Shown: positions 58,378 to 64,000 of the stretch, piece after piece
How the letters are laid out: each line of letters starts with the position of its first letter
How positions within the stretch are numbered: position 1 is the stretch's first letter
Assembly (NCBI RefSeq): GCF_032191835.1
Contig: NC_083223.1
Location: forward strand, 259,160,001 to 259,224,000
Length of the DNA: 64,000 nucleotides
Source of the DNA: Heteronotia binoei
Taxonomy: Eukaryota
Direction: 5' to 3'
Translations under genes and position numbers: made by a program
The notes under the pieces: generated by a model
Seen by the model: the letters and a program-made list of their open reading frames with translations, nothing else
Database searches by the model: none
What the model was told of the DNA's origin: nothing

Positions 58378-58890
58378 TGAGCAGGGTCAGCTGTGGTTTG
58401 TACTTGGATAGGAAACCACCAATTAAGGACTGTGTTTAGTACTTATTTTATTTCATTATACATAGATGTTATGCATTGTTCCTTTCTGTAATGAATTGTT
58501 TTGATTTCAAGTCAAGTTCATTTTTTTTCTTTTTATGAATTTGATATTATTTTCATCCAGGGTTCCCAACCTTCTTTAGCCGCTGGACAACTTGGAATGT
58601 TGTAAAAGAATAGAAGGCATTGGTCGGGCTGCCCCCACAAAATGGCTGCTAGGAGAACAGGGCCAATAACAAAATGGCTCCCATGAGGGAATGAAACATA
58701 CTACAAAAACAACTGCCATATACAAACCGGCTCAGCCTGAGGCCAATCACAAAGTGGCTGTTATGGGCGTAATTAGCTCTGTTTGGGGAAAGAGACATGA
58801 CTTGGTTTTCGTTTTGAATGAAGGGGAGGATTTATTCCTTGTATGACCACAGGAACTGGTTGCCAAGCCAAGAGACATAAGGAAATCTAT

Positions 58891-59176
58891 GGGCGTTTTC
58901 GCACTGACCTTAATCGGCAGCGACGCCCCTCTTCACCGCGCAGGATCTGCGCGGATTTCGCACCAATTGCCGCGGAGCACCCAGAAGAGCCACAAAGTCC
59001 CGCGGCTTTTGTGGCGCAAATGGAAACTGGTTTTTGGCGGTTTCCATTTGCGCCGCAAAAGCTGCGGGACTTTGCAGCTCTTCCGGGTGCTCCGCAGCAA
59101 TTGGTGCGAAATCCGCGCAGATCCTGCGCGGTGAAGAGGGACGTCGCTGCTGATTAAGGTCAGTGCGAAAACGCCC
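58891..59176. mobile_element. PIF/Harbinger-type palindromic MITE, 286 bp
   Basis: 137-bp arms, GGGC...GCCC termini, 3-bp TSD TAT. Confidence 0.85.
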
Positions 59177-59494
59177 TATGTAAAGTGGCCAACCTCAGTC
59201 TGGAAATTTCTGGAGATTTGGGGGAAGTGCCTGTGGAGGGGGGAATTGGGGGACACCACCTAGAATCAAGGATCTACCACACAGTCTGCCATCTGGAGCT
59301 TCCATTTCCTCCAGGGAAACAGATCTCTGTAAACTGGAGATCAGTTTTAATCCCAGGAGAACACCAGGCCCCACCTGGAGGTTGGCAGCTATAGGCCAGC
59401 CACAGGTACACAGCAGACATATCATGCTTATGTTTTGCTAATCAGTAGGTGCTACCTGAAACTCCTTCCTTAGTTTAGTTAATCTGAAGTGTCT

Positions 59495-60430
59495 GAAGGG
59501 ACGGGGACAAAGGGTGGCAATCAGGGGTGAGCTGTCCCAGAGGCACACACTAGATTGTGGGGTGCCGCAGGGAGCAGTTCTCTCCCCAATGCTATTTAAC
59601 ATCTATATGCGCCCCCTTGCCCAGATTGCCTGAAGGTATGGGTTCGGGTGTCATCAATATGCAGATGACACCCAGCTCTATCTGCTAATGGATGGCCGGC
59701 CTGACTGCGTTCCAGGGAATCTGGACCTGGCATTGCAGGCCGTGGCAACCTGGCTTAGGCTGAGTGGGCTGAAGCTGAACCCAACGAAGACAGAGGTCCT
59801 TTGCGTGGGCCGCGGCGCCCTAGGGAGAGAAATACCTCTCCCGGTTTTTGACGGTGTGCCGCTGAAAGCGGCGCACCAGGTCAAGAGCTTGGGAGTTCTA
59901 CTGGAGCCTTCATTATCAATGGAGGCCCAGATAGCAGCCACTGCCAAGTCGGCGTTTTTTCACCTGAAGTGGGCAAGGCAGTTGGCTCCCTTCCTGGAGC
60001 GCTGGGACCTAGCAACAGTGATCCATGCAACGGTCACCTCAAGATTGGATTACTGTAATGCCCTCTACATGGGGCTGCCTCTGTGCCGAACCCAGAGGTT
60101 GCAGCTGGTGCAGAACGCGGCGGCTAGGCTGTTATTGGGACTCCCGAAGTGGGAGCACATACAGTCGGGGCTACGAGGACTGCACTGGCTTCCAGTTACT
60201 TACCGGGTTCGTTACAAAGTGCTGGTTATTACCTTTAAAGCCCTATATGGCCGAGGACCTGCCTACCTGAGGGACCGTCTTTCCCCATACGAACCCCAGA
60301 GAGCACTGAGGTCAGCAGGGAAGAACCAGCTGGCTATCCCCGGACCAAAGGAGGCAAAACTGCGAAACACTCGCACACGGGCCTTCTCTATCGCAGCTCC
60401 ACACCTATGGAACCAGCTCCCGGAAGAAGT
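59495..60430 (+). mobile_element. L2-clade LINE 3' portion, relatively well preserved
   Basis: QYADDTQLY upstream of a 255-aa ORF with LKLNPTKTEVL, TSRLDYCNALY, RAFSIAAPHLWNQLP. Confidence 0.92.
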
Positions 60431-61076
60431 ATTATTTCTTTTTAAAGGTTTCTAGGGGTCAAACTAGCAACTCTCTAAAACCCTCTAGCAGTGGCAAGCA
60501 GTAAAATGTTCTTCTTCCTCTTGGAAAAAGGGAGGGGAAGTGAAGTCTAGTCACTTGAGTCAACGGGATGCATTCCAAGCAGGGAAATCTCCTGGTGGTG
60601 GAACTGATCTCCAGATGGCAGAGATCTAGTCCCTTATGGGGGGAAGTGGCAGCTTTGGTAGGTGGAACAGAAGAGGAAAAGGAAGATATTGAATTTATAC
60701 CCTGCCCTTTCACTTGGAGTCTCAGAGCAGTTTACAATCTCCTTTCCCTTTGCCTCCCCACAACAGGCCCTGCCACTAGGCAAACTAGGCAATTGCCTAA
60801 GCCACTGGCCTTCAGGGGGCACCAAACTGGGCGCCCTCCATGTGACTCAGTGATGTTATCAGTGCGGGAGGGGTGTGTGTGTGTGCCAGAAGTTAGCCTT
60901 GCCTAGGGTGCCAGAGAGTCTAGGGCTGGCCCTACAGACATCTTGTGAGATAGATGGGGCTGAGAGCGGTCTGAGAACTGTGACTGACCCAAGGTCACCC
61001 AGAAGCTGCATATGGAGAAGTGGGGAATTAAACCTGGGTCTCCCAGATCTGAGTCCACCGCTCTTAACCACTACAC

Positions 61077-61214
61077 CAGAGGTGGCCAACGGTAGCTCTC
61101 CAGCTGTTTTTTGCCTCCAACTCCCATCAGCCCCAGCCATTGGCCATGCTGGCTGGGGCTGATGGGAGTTGTAGGCAAAAAAAACATTTGGAGAGCCACC
61201 GTTGGTCACCCTTG
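61077..61214. mobile_element. 138-bp hAT MITE inserted into a Squam3 SINE head
   Basis: TIRs cagaggtggccaacgg / ccgttggtcacccttg; perfect TSD CACTACAC. Confidence 0.85.
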
Positions 61215-61967
61215 CACTACACCAAACTGGCTCTTGTACCTGCTGAGCTTCTTCCCCTCCTCACCTTCCCCAGGCTCCACCCCTAAAAATCTCCAGCTGT
61301 TTTTCAACCCAGAGTTGGCAACTGTTGTGTATGTGAAGGCATGCCTGGACATATTGAGTGTAAGCGTCTGCCTGGCTCGTTGGGACTGAGCTTGAGCGCA
61401 TCACAATTAAGAGGATCCTAGGATCTGCCAATGAGGATGCATATTCTAATGAAGGATCCAAAAAGGGCACAATCACAGATGAGGGGGCTGGGTTTCTTCT
61501 GCCCCATATATTGCCTCATGTTCTGGTGCTCAGTAATAGTTTGCAGTCACTTAATGCAGATGTTGAATCACTAATAAGGAGCTTTAATCACTACGCAAGA
61601 GCCTCCTCATGCACTGTACCCAGCATTAAATAGCAACCTTAATTCCAAGCCTCCCATGGCAGAATAGTGCAGCTTGTGAAAGCCACTTGACGTTACCTTA
61701 TACTGAGTGAAACAACCAGGGCTTTTTTTGAGCTGAAACGCACAGAAACGCAGTTCTGGCTGGCTTGGCATCAGGGGGTGTGGCCAAACATGCTGGGTTT
61801 TGTCTACAAAAAGTCCTTTGCGAAACAATGGTGATGTCAGGGGGTGTGGCCTAATATGCAAATGAGTTCTTGCTGGGCTTTTTTGGCAAAAAAAACCCCC
61901 TGGAAACAACCGGTAGTCAATACTCACAGCAGCTCTTCAGAACCTCAGGCAGGGAAGCATCTTCCAT

Positions 61968-62750
61968 TTATTTTTATTTCATTTTATTCCATTTATAGCC
62001 TGTCCTCCCCGCTGAGGCGGGCTCAGGGCGGCTTACAGAGACATGTGTATACATGAGTAGACGTAGTAATGTGACAATAAAACCATAAAAACACAGAATA
62101 GTAAAAAAAAACATAAAATACATTTCGGTGCTATGATCTTAAGTTTTAGATTTATAATTCCCTGTAAACCAGATCTTAGGTTGTCCTCTCCGCTGCTGCT
62201 GTACAGCAGATTGCAAGTAGTGGTTTGTGTGTTGTCTAATGGCTAGCAGTCTAATTTACAAATGCCTGGTGGAAGAGACCCTGACCTCTTCCAGCAACTC
62301 ATTCCACCAGCGTGGAGCCACTACAGAAAAGGCTCTGGCTCTGGTTGTCATGAGCCTGCCCTCCTTAGGGCCGGGGATTGTAAGTAGATTTTGTGATCCA
62401 GACTGAAGTGCTCTCCGGGCAACATGTGGGGAAAGGCGGTCCCTAAGGTTTGCAGGCCCCTGGCCATATAGGACCTTAAAGGTGAGAACCAACACCTTGA
62501 AACAAACCCAGTATGCGATAGGCAACCAGTGCAGCACTTTCAGCACAGGTTGAATGTGCTCCCGTAAAGGAAGACCCATTAACAACCTGGCTGCTGTGTT
62601 CTGCACTAGTTGAAGCTTCTGGGTTTGAGACAAGGGCAGCCTCATGTAGAGGGCATTGTAGTAATCCAATCTTGAGGTGACCGTGGCGTGGATCACTGTT
62701 GCCAAGTCGCCGCGTTTGAGGTAGGGGACCAGCTGCCTTATCAGCCATAG
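61968..62750 (-). mobile_element. L2-clade LINE 3' fragment
   Basis: ATVIHATVTSRLDYYNALY...RAFSVVAPRWWNEL; AT-rich tail at ~61968. Confidence 0.88.
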
Positions 62751-63386
62751 ATGATATCACTTTCTACCTCATCCTTTGAAAGGGAGGCGCTGAGGACCGA
62801 ACCTGAGACCCTCGGCATGCAGAGCAGATGCTTTAACACTGAGCTGGAGTCCTTCCCGCATTCTGGCATGGCTTTGGAAGTCCCTTCGCCTAGGATGCCG
62901 GTCTGGACCTCGTCCAGAGGTTTGCCACAAAATCCTTTAATGAAGATTGAATCTGGCTATTCTCTGATTGTTTTCTTTTGCTGATTGCTGTTCTCACTCT
63001 GGTTTGGACTGTAGTTATTTGGTGCTCCTCTTGGCTTGTTTTTATTGGTCTGTAGTCTGAGGGTTGGTTCTTAAAAAAAAAAAAAACCCTGCCGTTTGTA
63101 TTATTTATACTGGTTTACCAATCCTTAGTGTCTGCTTTTATCGTTTTTAATTTTGTAAGATATCCTGAGCGGTAGAGCAGCAGGGCAGATCTGTGCCGCA
63201 GAAAGTCTATCAATATGTCATATATTTCTCAGCCATTCCTCCAGGGACGACTAAGGAAGTAGTAATAGGCCCTTTTATGTTTTCGCTTTCATGTGTTATC
63301 ACTGGGAACCCTTTCATTTCATTCATTTACATAGAATCATAAAGTTGGAAGGGACATCCAGGGCTATCTAGTCCAACCTCCTACAC

Positions 63387-63993
63387 CAGGGGTGTCAAAC
63401 ATGTGGCCTGGGGGTCGAATCAGGCCCTCAGGGGGCTCCTATCAGGTCCCTGAGCAACTGGCTGTCATCTGCTTCCTTCTCCCTCTCTCTTGCTTCCTTC
63501 TGCATCTCAGCTTGCTTTGCCAGGCTTGCTCGATCACACAGGAACTACAGAGCAAAGACTCTGTTTCTTCATTGGCTGAGGCTCCATCCTTGGGGAGGAA
63601 GTGGGAAGGGAGAGCTTGCTTTGCCTGGCTCTCTCAATTGCACAGCAGAGTCTCTTAGCCAAACCTTTCTTCCTTCTATTGGCTGAGGCTCTTCCCCCTC
63701 CTGCTCCCCTGAGAAAGGAAGGAAAGAGCCAGAGCTTCCTTTGCCCAGTTCCCTGGATCTCGGTGGGGGGGGGGGGGATCCAAAGAAAGCACGTTTAAGA
63801 CAGATGAGTACTAATGTTTTAAGCATTTTTTTAAAAAAAATCTTATTTGTGTTTGTCTGTGTCCTTTATAAAGTTTATATCTCTGCTACCTAATCATATA
63901 TGGATACACACACGGCCCAGCTTGACATGACTTGGCCCAACGTCTCATTTATGTCAGATCTGGCTCTCATAACAAATGAGCTGGACACCCTTG
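63387..63993. mobile_element. hAT MITE, 607 bp
   Basis: TIRs caggggtgtcaaac / gctggacacccttg; TSD tcctacac / ccctaca (cut by window end). Confidence 0.8.
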
Positions 63994-64000
63994 CCCTACA

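Overview
Vertebrate nuclear DNA, almost certainly a squamate and most likely a gecko (inferred from the SINE, CR1, BovB and hAT-MITE repertoire). I reconstructed four spliced protein-coding genes with GT-AG junctions and consistent phases. (1) The 5' part of a divergent CENP-F N-terminal-domain paralog (minus strand, 3 exons, 6521 to 1583). (2) Complete GPR137 (minus, 7 coding exons, 394 aa). (3) Complete BAD (plus, 3 coding exons, 149 aa), head-to-head with GPR137. (4) A glyoxal-reductase/YtbE-like aldo-keto reductase (minus, 2 coding exons, 301 aa), tail-to-tail with BAD with interlocking poly(A) signals. The rest is largely transposon-derived: tRNA- and 5S-derived SINEs, CR1, L2, BovB, an RTE-X-like LINE, Penelope-type remnants, many hAT and Harbinger MITEs, and one internally deleted Gypsy provirus. 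There is also a ~154-bp tandem array and several long near-perfect palindromes. The most interesting signals are the CENP-F paralog (a candidate ohnolog I do not know from mammals), the atypical AKR, the BAD/AKR 3' overlap, the intronic 154-bp array and the long dsRNA-forming hairpins in BAD introns. Comparisons to human proteins and repeat consensus sequences are from memory, not database searches.
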